Below are positions 44,181 through 54,306 of a stretch of 64,000 nt of DNA, one piece after another. The DNA is from Promethearchaeota archaeon (GTDB lineage: Archaea > Asgardarchaeota > Lokiarchaeia > Sigyniarchaeales > SOKP01): NCBI GenBank assembly GCA_029838195.1, contig JALGVJ010000020.1, forward strand, positions 1-64,000, given 5' to 3'. Numbering within the stretch: the first letter of the stretch is position 1; every line of letters starts with the position of its first letter. The position numbers and the translations under genes were made by a program. The notes below the pieces were generated by a model. It made no database searches. It was not told the DNA's origin and saw only the letters and a program-made list of their open reading frames with translations.

Positions 44181-44807
44181 TCATGACTCATTAATTTTTA
44201 TTTCCGTTTTCTCACAGACTAGAATGCGTTTCTTTAAAAATTCTATGATATCTTTATTATCTTGCGCTTCTAAAATACCGCCGCATTCGGGACATCTAAA
44301 ATTGAGCTCATATGCATCATCAAAATTATATTTGATGGTTTTATCTTCGCATTGATTGCAAATGAAAAAATAATTGTTTTCCTCAAAATAAAGCCTATCC
44401 CGTAATTTCATTTCCATTAATTTCTTTTTTTCTTCCAAAATTTCTTCTAATCGGTCAAATTCGTGCCACCAAAAATAGATAAACCACTCCGGAACTCACG
44501 CGAAACACGCAAGCTTTCCCGTAGATTTATCACGAATTCGCCGAAATTGAGCCAATTTTTCTCCGTATAAAGTATATAACGTTTTTCGAACGGTATTTAA
44601 CTTAAGAATCTCATCTTCTTCTTCCGGTTCGAATTTCACTTCTTTCCCGCTTTTTAAAATTCGTTCCTTGATATTTTCCGTGATGTCCTCGTCGGTAATG
44701 TCTTTCCCTTCCGAATTAATCAATTCTAAACCCACTTCAATGGCCACATCTCCACCAATTATGTACAAAAAAGATTCTAAATATTTGTTTAATTGTTTAA
44801 TTGCAAT
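44181..44807 (-). CDS. tfe: Transcription factor E alpha, interrupted by a 30-nt in-frame insertion containing TGA
   Basis: The two track ORFs share one frame: TDEDI..KLNTVRKTLY..RIRDKSTG[KLACFA*VPE]WFIYFW...FFICNQC..FDDAYELNFRCPECGG.L; start probably ATT at 44807. Confidence 0.9.
44487..44516 (-). other. Candidate BHB-type mRNA intron in tfe
   Basis: Hairpin AGCTTGCG/CGTGAGTT flanked by BHB-like elements; removal restores S-T-G-W-F. Confidence 0.7.
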
Positions 44808-44917
44808 AAACCCCTTTTTTATCTTCTTTTATTAACCTAATATAAGGTAGCAAACAAAAATTAAGTTTACTTTTTCTAAAAAAAATAAAGCATGAGGCTA
44901 ATTTTAAAAATAAAAAT

Positions 44918-45694
44918 CTATACAATGATAGAATATTGTTTTTTCAAGGTGGTTCCATTTACCTCGAGAACTCTCTCCAATGTTCCTTTTCTTATAGCCC
45001 TAATCCGCAAGAATCTGGAATTTTTCACGTTTTTAGGAATCTCTATTTCGGTAATGGAATAATTATTGGAAAGAAGAATTGTTTTCCATTTTTCTGGTAA
45101 ATCCGATGCAAAATCTGACAAGGCCAATTTAATGATTGTTGCCATGTTCTCCGTGGTATTGGCAAGAACTCCCGTGCAAAAATCTACCTTTGAATTCACG
45201 TCCTCCTCCATTGGTTGTTTTCTCGACGGTTGAGGAAGTCTTTTTTTCGTGATAACTCGATGATTTGAATCATGTTTAAAACTCAATAGTAAATAGCCAT
45301 GCGTTCTTAATTGCTCAATGATTTCTAATAATTTTTGTTTCTCCAACTCATCGGAAATCTCTGCTTTATAATTTTCTGCTTTTCCCTTGGATTTCTTTAG
45401 AGCCCAATTTAACCCTAATTCTTTTAGCAAGGGATTGATATCTTGACCCGTGTATAATACCCCTGTTATCTTGATGGACCCCGCAGGAATGGAAGATACC
45501 ACGATTTCTTGAATGAGATCTTCATAATCAAAACTCCCTTTCAAGGTTATCTTTGACCTCGTTTGAGTGATTTTCAACGCTGGACCTGAAAATTTACCCC
45601 GCGAATATCGATAAAAATGCCGATGAACATTCATGTGGTTCTTTGCTGGCTCCTCCAACTGAGGTGTTCTAATTATTTGTTCTAAAAAATGCAT
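44918..45694 (-). CDS. Hypothetical archaeal protein
   Basis: 258-aa ORF upstream of tfe; HRHFYRYSRG.F.GP motif; function not recognised. Confidence 0.75.
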   Translation of the reverse strand: MHFLEQIIRTPQLEEPAKNHMNVHRHFYRYSRGKFSGPALKITQTRSKITLKGSFDYEDLIQEIVVSSIPAGSIKITGVLYTGQDINPLLKELGLNWALKKSKGKAENYKAEISDELEKQKLLEIIEQLRTHGYLLLSFKHDSNHRVITKKRLPQPSRKQPMEEDVNSKVDFCTGVLANTTENMATIIKLALSDFASDLPEKWKTILLSNNYSITEIEIPKNVKNSRFLRIRAIRKGTLERVLEVNGTTLKKQYSIIV

Positions 45695-45861
45695 CTTTTT
45701 CCAGCCTCAAAGTCTATTATGTTGGTAAGATCATGGATTCAATAAGGAATCATTTCTAATAATATTAATGAAAAAATTAAATATGAGTTCTTAATTTTTA
45801 TTATTCAGTGAATATGGAAAGTATAACGTCCCTTTTTTACGTAGATTTGCTCCTAAGCCTT

Positions 45862-46089
45862 ATGCAACAAGAACACAAATTCAAGAAATTAGCAGAATTA
45901 CCCTCTCTCGTCTTATGGATATTAGCGTGGATTTTTCTCGCCTTAGGCGTTTTTTTCTTCATCATATTAGCATTATATACTAAATACGGCAGAGAAACCT
46001 CAATAAAATTATCTATCATTACCATCTCAATTGGCTCAATTTTTCTAGGCTTTTCCTTGCATTTCTTGTTATTGAATTTTGGCATTTAA
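45862..46089 (+). CDS. Small 2-TM membrane protein
   Basis: Two hydrophobic helices; start placed at the ATG of MQQEHKF. Confidence 0.6.
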   Translation: MQQEHKFKKLAELPSLVLWILAWIFLALGVFFFIILALYTKYGRETSIKLSIITISIGSIFLGFSLHFLLLNFGI

Positions 46090-46312
46090 AGCAAAAATTA
46101 TTAAGCTCTTGACAAGGATTAATCATTAGGACATTGGTATCCTTTCGCTCTTGTTTATTGGATGGATTTTACGTTTCCTTTTATCGTTGACGTATTATTA
46201 TCTCCGCGTTATAATTCATGAAAACAAACGAGTAATAAATTATTTAGTAAAATTTTTAATATTTATCTTTCATGATCTATAACATTACACTCTAATAAAG
46301 TGAAACCATCTC

Positions 46313-46753
46313 ATGTTATTTCAAGTATTTTCTACTGTAATTACCATCTTAGCCATCATTATTGCCATCGTAATCTTGACATTGGTCATCTATGCAATTG
46401 TCACTGTATTAGAATCGAAAGCAAAAGCTCACGATAAACGTTTAATGATCTTCCTTTTGGCCGTTATCACCGTTTTGCTTTTACCCATCATCCTAGCGGC
46501 TATCGGATTAATTCTAGGCGCCATTGGAAATCTCTTTGCCGGTATAAGAAACCTAATCGATGGAGGCGGTGTTAATTTCGTCGTTAGGCTCGTCCCCATC
46601 TTGGGATTCCTCATCCTTCTAGTGTTCACGAAATATTTGATCGACCTGCCGTGGGATAGTGCAACGTGGATTTCGCTTCTCCTATTGTTTATCATGTACA
46701 TCCTCTTTTCCATAGTCCCCGAAACTTATACAATTCTTGGTTTTGGGTTATGA
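46313..46753 (+). CDS. Hypothetical 4-TM membrane protein
   Basis: Four hydrophobic segments. Confidence 0.7.
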   Translation: MLFQVFSTVITILAIIIAIVILTLVIYAIVTVLESKAKAHDKRLMIFLLAVITVLLLPIILAAIGLILGAIGNLFAGIRNLIDGGGVNFVVRLVPILGFLILLVFTKYLIDLPWDSATWISLLLLFIMYILFSIVPETYTILGFGL

Positions 46754-46895
46754 TCTTAAATAAACTTTTTTTTTTAATTTATTTTTAATTTATTAAAATC
46801 TAAAGATAATTCTGAGAACCCTATTAACTCTAAATGAGTTCAAAAAAAATTAAAAAGCGAGAAAAAATTAAGAAAATGATTATTTTAATCTTACT

Positions 46896-49800
46896 CTAAA
46901 TTACTTCCTTCAGTTGAAGCCGGGGAGCCAATCCCAAGCTCATCATTTCTTGAAGCAATAATTTGAATGCATAAGAGCACACAACTTTCGAAATGACCGT
47001 TCCTTCTCCACAGATCGGACAATATCGTTTATCTCTGTTTCGGTCATATACGGCTAATAATCCACATTTTTCACACACCAATATAACCGAACTATCTGAT
47101 TCATCTAACAAGCGTTCCTTCAATAATAAAGCAGATCCATGTCCTACCAAGCAATCTCGTTCCATTTCTCCAAACCTGAGACCACCTTCTCTTGCACGAC
47201 CCTCCGTGGGTTGTCTGGTAAGTATCTGAACGGGCCCTCTTGCTCTCGCGTGCACCTTGTCCGCAACCAAGTGATACAGTTTTTGATAATAAATAGGAGC
47301 ACAATAAATACCCACTTCATACTTTTCTCCCGTAATACCATTATACATGACTTCTCTTCCATTAAATTCGAATCCCGCATTTAACAATTCTTCTTGTAAT
47401 TTTGTAATATCCTTCCACTCAAAGGCAGTAGCATTTCCTAATTCTCCCGTGGTACAAGCAATTTTTCCGCTTATACCTTCAAATAATTGACCCAGAGTCA
47501 TGCGGGATGGCATGGCATGCGGATTCACAATAATGTCCGGAATCACTCCTGAGGCGGTAAACGGCATGTCAATTTCGGGCTGAATTAAACCCAGAACTCC
47601 CTTTTGTCCGTGACGGGAAGAAAATTTATCTCCTAATTCGGGAATTCTCAAATCGCGAACTTTAATTTTTACTAATTTATTTCCATCGACCGTTTCTGAA
47701 ATGATAATCGTATCCACGATGCCTTTCTCATTATGACGCATGATTTTCGAGGTTTCTCGACGATTCGGCTGCATTAATTCAAATTCTTCGTAAGATTTTA
47801 TGAAACGAGGGGGAGAAGTTCTTCCTATGAGCACGTCTCCTCCATCTACTTTAGTCTCCGGTTCAATTATTCCATCTTCTTCAGATAATAATCTATAAGA
47901 CTCGGCAGATTTGAAGCCACGCACGCCTCGCTCGGGAATCTCAAATTTATCTACCTCGCCTCCCGGATATTTTCTCTCTTCAGCATCATACGTCCTGAAA
48001 AAATGGGAGCGTGCAAGCCCTCGCTCAATAGAGGCCTTATTAATCACGATGGCATCTTCAATATTAAATCCTTCAAAACTCATCATTGCAACGATAAAAT
48101 TTTGCCCTGCTGGACGCTTATTTAAGCCAATTATTTCCATGGGACTGGTAATTACTAAGGGTTGCTGAGGATAATGCAAAGTATGCCCCCGCGTGTCTAA
48201 TCGCAAGTGCATGTTAGCGGAAAATAATCCTAAGGCCTGCTTTACCATTCCTGCTTCGTATGTATTTCGAGGAGATTGATTATGCTCGGGAAATGGAATG
48301 ATCGAAGCACAGATTCCCAAAATAGCTGCTGGCGAGATTTCCATGTGCGTGTGCTCGCTAGTGATATCTTCTTCAAACATGGCAATAAAAGCATTTTCTT
48401 CTTCTTCTGCATCTAAATATTCAATGATTCCTTTTCGAATTAAATCGGACCACACATATTTTCCTTGTGCTAGCTTTTCGATATCTTCTTTCGTAATCTG
48501 CAGTTGTTTATTCTTCACGATAAAGAGCGGTCTCGTAGCCCTGCCCTCATCACAGTTTATTTGAATCTCTTTTGAATCGTTATAAAACCCAATATTCACG
48601 TATTGACCAATCTCTCCCTTCCGACGCTTTTCTCTCAGTTGACGAATTAATTGATTGTGTTGTAAATGCACGCCAACCAATTTTCCATTCAAAAAGACTT
48701 TAACTTTTTCCCCTTGAATGTTTTTCACTTCATTAATTGGAATGACACCTAAGTCGAATAAAATATTTTCAATGATCCGCTCATCTTCGCCTACCGAAAT
48801 GATGGCTGTTAATCCCAAATTCTTAACAAGCCCACAATTCGGCCCTTCTGGCGTTTCGGCCGGGCATATTTTTCCCCATTGAGTGGGATGTAGGTCGCGC
48901 GCTTCAAAATGAGGTTGACTTCGACTTAATGGAGAAATCACCCTCCTTAAGTGACTTAACGCTCCTACATGATTGGTTCTATTTAATAATTGAGATACAC
49001 CCGCTTTTCCTCCAACCCAATTTCCTGTTGCCAAGGCATGGCGGATCCTCTCGGTAATAACGTCTGCCCGAACTGCGGTCTTGATGTTAGGGGCTCTTCC
49101 TCGAACTGCCGTTCTTTCTAATTGATATTTAATATCTTTTACCAAATTCAAAAAAGCAACTCTAAATAGAGAAGTAAAGAGCTCACCCGCCAATTTTAAT
49201 CTTTTATTCGCATAATGGTCTTTATCATCCGGTTCTCTCAGCCCCAACGCAAGTTCCATTACCTTCTGAGCCATTTGGCCTAAATAATAGGCTTTTTTAA
49301 TTCGGTCTTCTTCGGAATTTCCAATGTGCGGTAATAAATACCTGTCTAATACTTGTAAAGCCCGTCTGATACGATAATCCTTGGTCTGCCCTATCGCAAC
49401 GCGCTTTCCGATATAATCTAAAGCATTTTGCTGTGATTTTTCAGGATCTCGAAGAACTTGAATCTCAGAGGCTACATCCACCACCGGGATTAATTCCCTT
49501 TGAATTTCTTCATTTTCTGAAATAGCTTCAAAAATTTCACGATCGGAATGCAAGCCTAAGGCTCGCATGAGGATCGCCAAGGGAACTTTTCCGGGAACCG
49601 AAGGAAAAGAGACGCGTAAATTTCCATCCTTTTTCCTCTCAATCGTGACGGGTGCTCTAAATCCGCTTCTTGTGGAAAAGACCTTCGCTTGGTGCGTTGC
49701 ACTGGAACTCCTGCTTGCCTCCTCTGCCAAAATCCTGTTGGGTGCTAAATCCTCCTGAGTTACTAAAACTCGCTCCGTACCATTAATGATAAAATATCCC

Positions 49801-50258
49801 CCGGGATCCAGCGGATCCTCTCCCCGATTAATCAATTCTTGTTCAGATAATTTCTCTAAAGGACATCGACAGCTTTTCAACATGATAGGAAGCTTACCAA
49901 TATAAATCTCTAAAGTTTCCTCATGCTCTTCCCTCTGCGTTCTCTCATCAATAACTACAGGCGTCATTTCTAAGGTGATATCCGCTGCATATGATAATTC
50001 CCGAATTCGCGCTTCAATGGGCGTGATCTCCATGGTCGCACCGTCTGCTTCGCGTACCTTTGGCGTGCCCACCTTGATTTTTCCAAATTTTATCTTGAAA
50101 CCAGGAATGTCAGGAACCACTTCTCCGGATTCATCGACAATTTTTTGCATTTCATGTTCAATGAAATGGTTATAACTATCTAAATGTTGCCTGACAAGTC
50201 CTTTTTCATCAAAAAGAGCTTTAATTATTGTCCATTTATCTTCATTCGATAAAATCAT
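46896..50258 (-). CDS. rpoB: RNA polymerase subunit B (unsplit Rpo2)
   Basis: GGYFIINGTERV, ETPEGPNCGLVKN, GDKFSSRHGQKG, GGLRFGEMERD. Confidence 0.99.
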   Translation of the reverse strand: MILSNEDKWTIIKALFDEKGLVRQHLDSYNHFIEHEMQKIVDESGEVVPDIPGFKIKFGKIKVGTPKVREADGATMEITPIEARIRELSYAADITLEMTPVVIDERTQREEHEETLEIYIGKLPIMLKSCRCPLEKLSEQELINRGEDPLDPGGYFIINGTERVLVTQEDLAPNRILAEEASRSSSATHQAKVFSTRSGFRAPVTIERKKDGNLRVSFPSVPGKVPLAILMRALGLHSDREIFEAISENEEIQRELIPVVDVASEIQVLRDPEKSQQNALDYIGKRVAIGQTKDYRIRRALQVLDRYLLPHIGNSEEDRIKKAYYLGQMAQKVMELALGLREPDDKDHYANKRLKLAGELFTSLFRVAFLNLVKDIKYQLERTAVRGRAPNIKTAVRADVITERIRHALATGNWVGGKAGVSQLLNRTNHVGALSHLRRVISPLSRSQPHFEARDLHPTQWGKICPAETPEGPNCGLVKNLGLTAIISVGEDERIIENILFDLGVIPINEVKNIQGEKVKVFLNGKLVGVHLQHNQLIRQLREKRRKGEIGQYVNIGFYNDSKEIQINCDEGRATRPLFIVKNKQLQITKEDIEKLAQGKYVWSDLIRKGIIEYLDAEEEENAFIAMFEEDITSEHTHMEISPAAILGICASIIPFPEHNQSPRNTYEAGMVKQALGLFSANMHLRLDTRGHTLHYPQQPLVITSPMEIIGLNKRPAGQNFIVAMMSFEGFNIEDAIVINKASIERGLARSHFFRTYDAEERKYPGGEVDKFEIPERGVRGFKSAESYRLLSEEDGIIEPETKVDGGDVLIGRTSPPRFIKSYEEFELMQPNRRETSKIMRHNEKGIVDTIIISETVDGNKLVKIKVRDLRIPELGDKFSSRHGQKGVLGLIQPEIDMPFTASGVIPDIIVNPHAMPSRMTLGQLFEGISGKIACTTGELGNATAFEWKDITKLQEELLNAGFEFNGREVMYNGITGEKYEVGIYCAPIYYQKLYHLVADKVHARARGPVQILTRQPTEGRAREGGLRFGEMERDCLVGHGSALLLKERLLDESDSSVILVCEKCGLLAVYDRNRDKRYCPICGEGTVISKVVCSYAFKLLLQEMMSLGLAPRLQLKEVI

Positions 50259-50454
50259 GGGGAATAAGAGTTATAGAATTAGAATCAATATTAAGTATAA
50301 TAACATGACCTCTCTAAAATATTTTACTCTTTTAAAGAAAACGGGGATAATAAGAATGCGCTTAAGTCTAATCTTAAAATATAGGTCATGTAAGAATTGA
50401 GGAAGTTTTTCCGCTTTATTGATAAGGATGAATTAATTATTAAAACTACGAGTT

Positions 50455-50712
50455 TTATCCCCTTTCTCTCTTCACGTATCTATAGTAATACACTTGGGAT
50501 ACCGTGGTAGAAGAGGGACGTATTATTTTTACCACATCTTTTTCTTTTGCTCCAATCGCTATGGCCACCGGATCTTTTTCATACATCTGCGGTAAATCCT
50601 TGAGTTGAATCTTGTATTTATCTAATAGTTCTTGAGTCTCTTCCTTGGTCAAGATCACGTGATGAGGTACGAGAAAATGCCGTAAAACATCAATTTTTTT
50701 TTTCTTTGTCAC
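50455..50712 (-). CDS. rpoH: RNA polymerase subunit H (Rpo5)
   Basis: HFLVPHHVIL, LP...DPVA, KIIRPS, YYRYV. Confidence 0.95.
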   Translation of the reverse strand: MTKKKKIDVLRHFLVPHHVILTKEETQELLDKYKIQLKDLPQMYEKDPVAIAIGAKEKDVVKIIRPSSTTVSQVYYYRYVKRERG

Positions 50713-50810
50713 AGAAAACTCCTCTCTCTTCGCGAGTTAAAGAAGTAAAAGTTTCCTCGTAAAAAAATTTTACTTCTATGGTTTTGAACGAGTCGTATTC
50801 TTTTATGGTC

Positions 50811-51443
50811 TCATCTAAAAATGCATTTAAACACCCAATATCCACTCCTCTTGCACAATATTTCAACCTCACCCTCTTTATAGAACTCTCGTAAATATTT
50901 ATGAATATAAGGAGCTCCCATTTTCTTCCTCATTATAAATTGAAAGATTCCCTCATGCCTTAAATAATGAGGAACGCGCTCACATAAGCTCAAAAATTCT
51001 TTCCTCCCTTTCCGCTGGGGTGGATTCATGTAAATTCCATCAAATTTAATGGATTTATCTTTAAGACCATCAAAATAATTTCCCTCTAACACGATCAATC
51101 GCTTTCGATCGTCAGGAAAATTCAGCTTGATGTTTTCTTTCACGCACCAAATGGCTCGCTTATTTATATCCACGAAATAAATCGTACTTTCCGGGGATTC
51201 ACGTGCCAGCACCATGCCAATAGGACCATATCCACATCCTAAATCCAATAAAATAGATGGTTCTTGAGGTATGTCCGCATGTTCTATCAAAACTTTTGTT
51301 CCTAAATCCAGCTTTTTATATGAAAAAACGCCGGGCAAGGTTTTAAATGCATACAAGTGTTTCCGTAAGCTCACGGAAAAAAGATGAACTTTTATCTTCC
51401 CACCAGGCTCCCTTGAAAAATAGTGCGAATTTTCCTCTTTCAT
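50811..51443 (-). CDS. RsmC/MTS-like class I SAM methyltransferase
   Basis: HYFS, PGVFS...DLGT, LDLGCGYGPIG, NPP. Confidence 0.9.
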   Translation of the reverse strand: MKEENSHYFSREPGGKIKVHLFSVSLRKHLYAFKTLPGVFSYKKLDLGTKVLIEHADIPQEPSILLDLGCGYGPIGMVLARESPESTIYFVDINKRAIWCVKENIKLNFPDDRKRLIVLEGNYFDGLKDKSIKFDGIYMNPPQRKGRKEFLSLCERVPHYLRHEGIFQFIMRKKMGAPYIHKYLREFYKEGEVEILCKRSGYWVFKCIFR

Positions 51444-51452
51444 GACAAGCCA

Positions 51453-52478
51453 TCAACCTTTCTTGCTCCAAGAGGGATATATATTGCGTTCCATGAATAC
51501 TCTATCCGTTTCCGCCATGAGGCCCGATTTTGCCTTCAACATTTTAAACGCATCCTGTTTAGCAACAGCAAATCCAATTAATTCTTTTTTTAATGTCATG
51601 AGAGCCACCCGCATGTTTGGCTTAATCCGCGCATCAATATAACAAATGCCCGCCGCAGCAAGATCTGCTCCGTGACAAATAGCATCCACTGCAGTATCCC
51701 TCACGTAAATCTTTGGAACATGCTCTACCATCTTTTCCATGGGCATGATAAATCTCTTGAGATAATAATCATCTTCCTCCTCCTCATGAATTGTCCACGC
51801 ATCCTTTAAATCCTGTAATGTAATTAAATTCTCCTCCTCTTTAAACGGGCCTACTCGCGTTCTTCTCAATTCTAACATGTGCGCTCCTGAACATGACGCC
51901 TCTCCGATATCATGACATAACTTCCGCATGTACGTCCCTGCTTCACATCCCACACGAAATAAAGCCCGATGGCCTTCCACTTCCATCACCTCTGCATAAT
52001 AAATCTCTCGAATTCTCAATCTCCTAGAAACTGATGACTTCAAGGGGGGACGTTGATAAATCTTTCCCGTAAAAACTTGAAATAACTTCTCTATTCTTTT
52101 TCTTGATTGCGGTATATGAAAATGTATTACTCCTACATATTCCTTGCCCGCTGTCAACAACGCCGACACCGCACGCGTGGCCTTTCCCAACGCACAAGGA
52201 AGTACCCCCGTGACTCGAGGATCTAACGTCCCACCATGCCCAGCACGCGAAATATTCAAGATTTTCTTCACCCACGAGACCACTTCATGACTCGTCGGAC
52301 CACTCGGCTTATCTAAATTTATAACCCCCCGTTCCAATAACACCTCCACGGATCTATCTTCCGGATGACACCCGTACTCGGGACTCGTAGTATCTTGAGA
52401 TTTCACCAAGAGCTCCTCGGGCTCATCTGCCGGTAATTTATAAACGGTACGTCCCCTAGACATGAATTTAACACGCAA
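51453..52478 (-). CDS. cbf5: H/ACA RNA-guided pseudouridine synthase Cbf5
   Basis: LDKPSGPTSHEV, GHGGTLDP, QRPP, GTYMRKLC, PUA domain. Confidence 0.96.
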   Translation of the reverse strand: MRVKFMSRGRTVYKLPADEPEELLVKSQDTTSPEYGCHPEDRSVEVLLERGVINLDKPSGPTSHEVVSWVKKILNISRAGHGGTLDPRVTGVLPCALGKATRAVSALLTAGKEYVGVIHFHIPQSRKRIEKLFQVFTGKIYQRPPLKSSVSRRLRIREIYYAEVMEVEGHRALFRVGCEAGTYMRKLCHDIGEASCSGAHMLELRRTRVGPFKEEENLITLQDLKDAWTIHEEEEDDYYLKRFIMPMEKMVEHVPKIYVRDTAVDAICHGADLAAAGICYIDARIKPNMRVALMTLKKELIGFAVAKQDAFKMLKAKSGLMAETDRVFMERNIYPSWSKKG

Positions 52479-52543
52479 CCTACTTTAATTAATTAGCAAT
52501 CGATTACGCTCCTCGCTCAACAAGAAAAATCTTAAAATAATAA

Positions 52544-52647
52544 CGGGCTATGGGGGAATCCCATCAAATTCCGTAGTGGAATCTGAAATTGAACCCCCGA
52601 CCGTCAGGTTAAAAGCCTGCTGCGCTACCTGCCTGCGCCAATAGCCC
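52544..52647 (-). tRNA. tRNA-Lys(TTT) with a 30-nt T-loop intron (59/60; 52558-52587)
   Basis: CTTTTAA anticodon loop; TTCA-AT^T-TCAGATTCC...GGAATTTGA-TGGG-AT^T BHB. Confidence 0.93.
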
Positions 52648-52752
52648 TTGTTAACCAATTCAATAGCCTTAAGAAATATTTCACTTTTAAATTTATGATA
52701 AATTAAATCATTACTAATATAAAACTTTTACCATGCGCATTAACGCGGTGCT

Positions 52753-53811
52753 CTATTGAGCATCATGGCTTTCTTTCTTGGACAAGTGTAAAAAACCCCG
52801 ATATTTCAACTCTTCCCGGCGCTGTTCTTTTAGGATGTATATTTTTTCCTCAGATATGACTTTTCCGATCTCGTACAATGTTCCTCCTTGGAGCTGAATT
52901 TCATAACGTGCTTGTTCAAGCTTCTGGGGTGGAATAGTAAAAATATGGACGAATTCTTCTCCCGCATTAAAGATTAACTCCATTAAAGAACTCTGAAATT
53001 CCGTGGAATAACGTAGCGCTTCTTCATGAATTAAGTTCTCATCAAAATAAAGTTCAAAACCCGTGCTGGGATTAGATTTCATTAAATCAAGGAGCGATTT
53101 AGCAAGACCATCGGAGGAGTCAATGCTCGCGGAAACTAATCCCTTATTTCCCAAGATCAAAGCTTCCCGTCCCAAAATTTTGGGTTCCAATACCGCTCGA
53201 ACTGAATTCTCATATTCTTCATGCTCATCAATATTAAAATTTCTCTTTAATAGAATATCAAATCCAACACCAGTTAACCCAAATTTGCCGTTGGCAACCA
53301 CGACATCATCCACCGCCATTCCCTTACGATAAATGATGGATTTTTTCGATTGGATGCCGTATACGGTAGGATTGATGATGGTATCTTCCGTTTCGTTAAC
53401 GTCCCCCCCTATATATGTGATATTCCAAGCCCTGCAAGCTTCCAAAATGCCTTCAAATAATTGCCTGAATTCCTCTAACCGCATGGAAGGCCTCATACCC
53501 AAAGAAATGAGAATGGCTCGTGGAAATACGCCCTTAACAACGAGATCGCTAATGTTCATGATGACTGCTTTCCATCCCATTTGATACCAAGTCATTTGAG
53601 GAGGAGCGTCCGTCTTGGATACAAACATATCTGAATTTAACACCAACTGAGGCTCTTCAATCTCTTCTTTTCCTAAAAGCTCATCTAACGCCTGATAAAA
53701 ACAGTCATCTCGCACGAGCCCTTGGCCTAATTTTTTTAACATCATGCGCTCGATGAGGTCAATAAGCCCATTTTCCCCTACATCCTCCACCAACCCATCT
53801 CCTCCTTCCAT
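52753..53811 (-). CDS. thiL: Thiamine-monophosphate kinase
   Basis: GE..LI, DDC, GWKAVIMNISDL, GGD, DSSDGL, GEEF. Confidence 0.9.
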   Translation of the reverse strand: MEGGDGLVEDVGENGLIDLIERMMLKKLGQGLVRDDCFYQALDELLGKEEIEEPQLVLNSDMFVSKTDAPPQMTWYQMGWKAVIMNISDLVVKGVFPRAILISLGMRPSMRLEEFRQLFEGILEACRAWNITYIGGDVNETEDTIINPTVYGIQSKKSIIYRKGMAVDDVVVANGKFGLTGVGFDILLKRNFNIDEHEEYENSVRAVLEPKILGREALILGNKGLVSASIDSSDGLAKSLLDLMKSNPSTGFELYFDENLIHEEALRYSTEFQSSLMELIFNAGEEFVHIFTIPPQKLEQARYEIQLQGGTLYEIGKVISEEKIYILKEQRREELKYRGFLHLSKKESHDAQ

Positions 53812-53956
53812 TTTTTCGCTTCTCCTTCTCTTTTTAATTCAATCCTTTTAATATGAATGCAATAATAAGCTTTAATTTTTATAAATCAAAAAAAGGAGTT
53901 CATGTGTCTAAAAGTTTTAATGATCGCCCTTGATACCCGAAAAACCAAAAAAATAA

Positions 53957-54029
53957 AGCCCTTGGGGGGATTTGAACCCCCGGCTATTTGATTACGAGTC
54001 AAACACTCTACCAGCTGAGTTACAAGGGC
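53957..54029 (-). tRNA. tRNA-Thr(CGT)
   Basis: GCCCTTG/CAAGGGC acceptor, CTCGTAA loop, intronless. Confidence 0.94.
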
Positions 54030-54306
54030 ATGGAATATATTGATTTCTCTTATTCACCAAATAATCTTTTATTTCTTTTTATTATATTCTTGAGTTCAAA
54101 CCGCATTTTCAATGATGATAATATAAATATAAATAATATTAAAAAAATTAAAAATTTTACAGCCATAAAATTTACTTCAAGTGATTTTGATAATGCTGGA
54201 AAGAAACATCAAAACGAGGACAATATACTACAAGCGGTTCCCATAAAAAGTAAGGTCAGAACGACTAATATTACAGGGATATCGTGACTTGTAATTAATT
54301 CGTTCT

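Noticed and set aside
44181-44768. tfe as a simple frameshift or nonsense pseudogene
   Set aside because: Both halves are in frame and well conserved. The lesion is a clean 30-nt structured insertion, not a point change.
51453-52478. Crenarchaeal-type intron in cbf5
   Set aside because: The ORF is continuous through the N-terminus and the GHGGTLDP motif, with no insert.
53988-54287. 99-aa plus-strand ORF
   Set aside because: It starts antisense within tRNA-Thr and has low-complexity Asn/Ile content.
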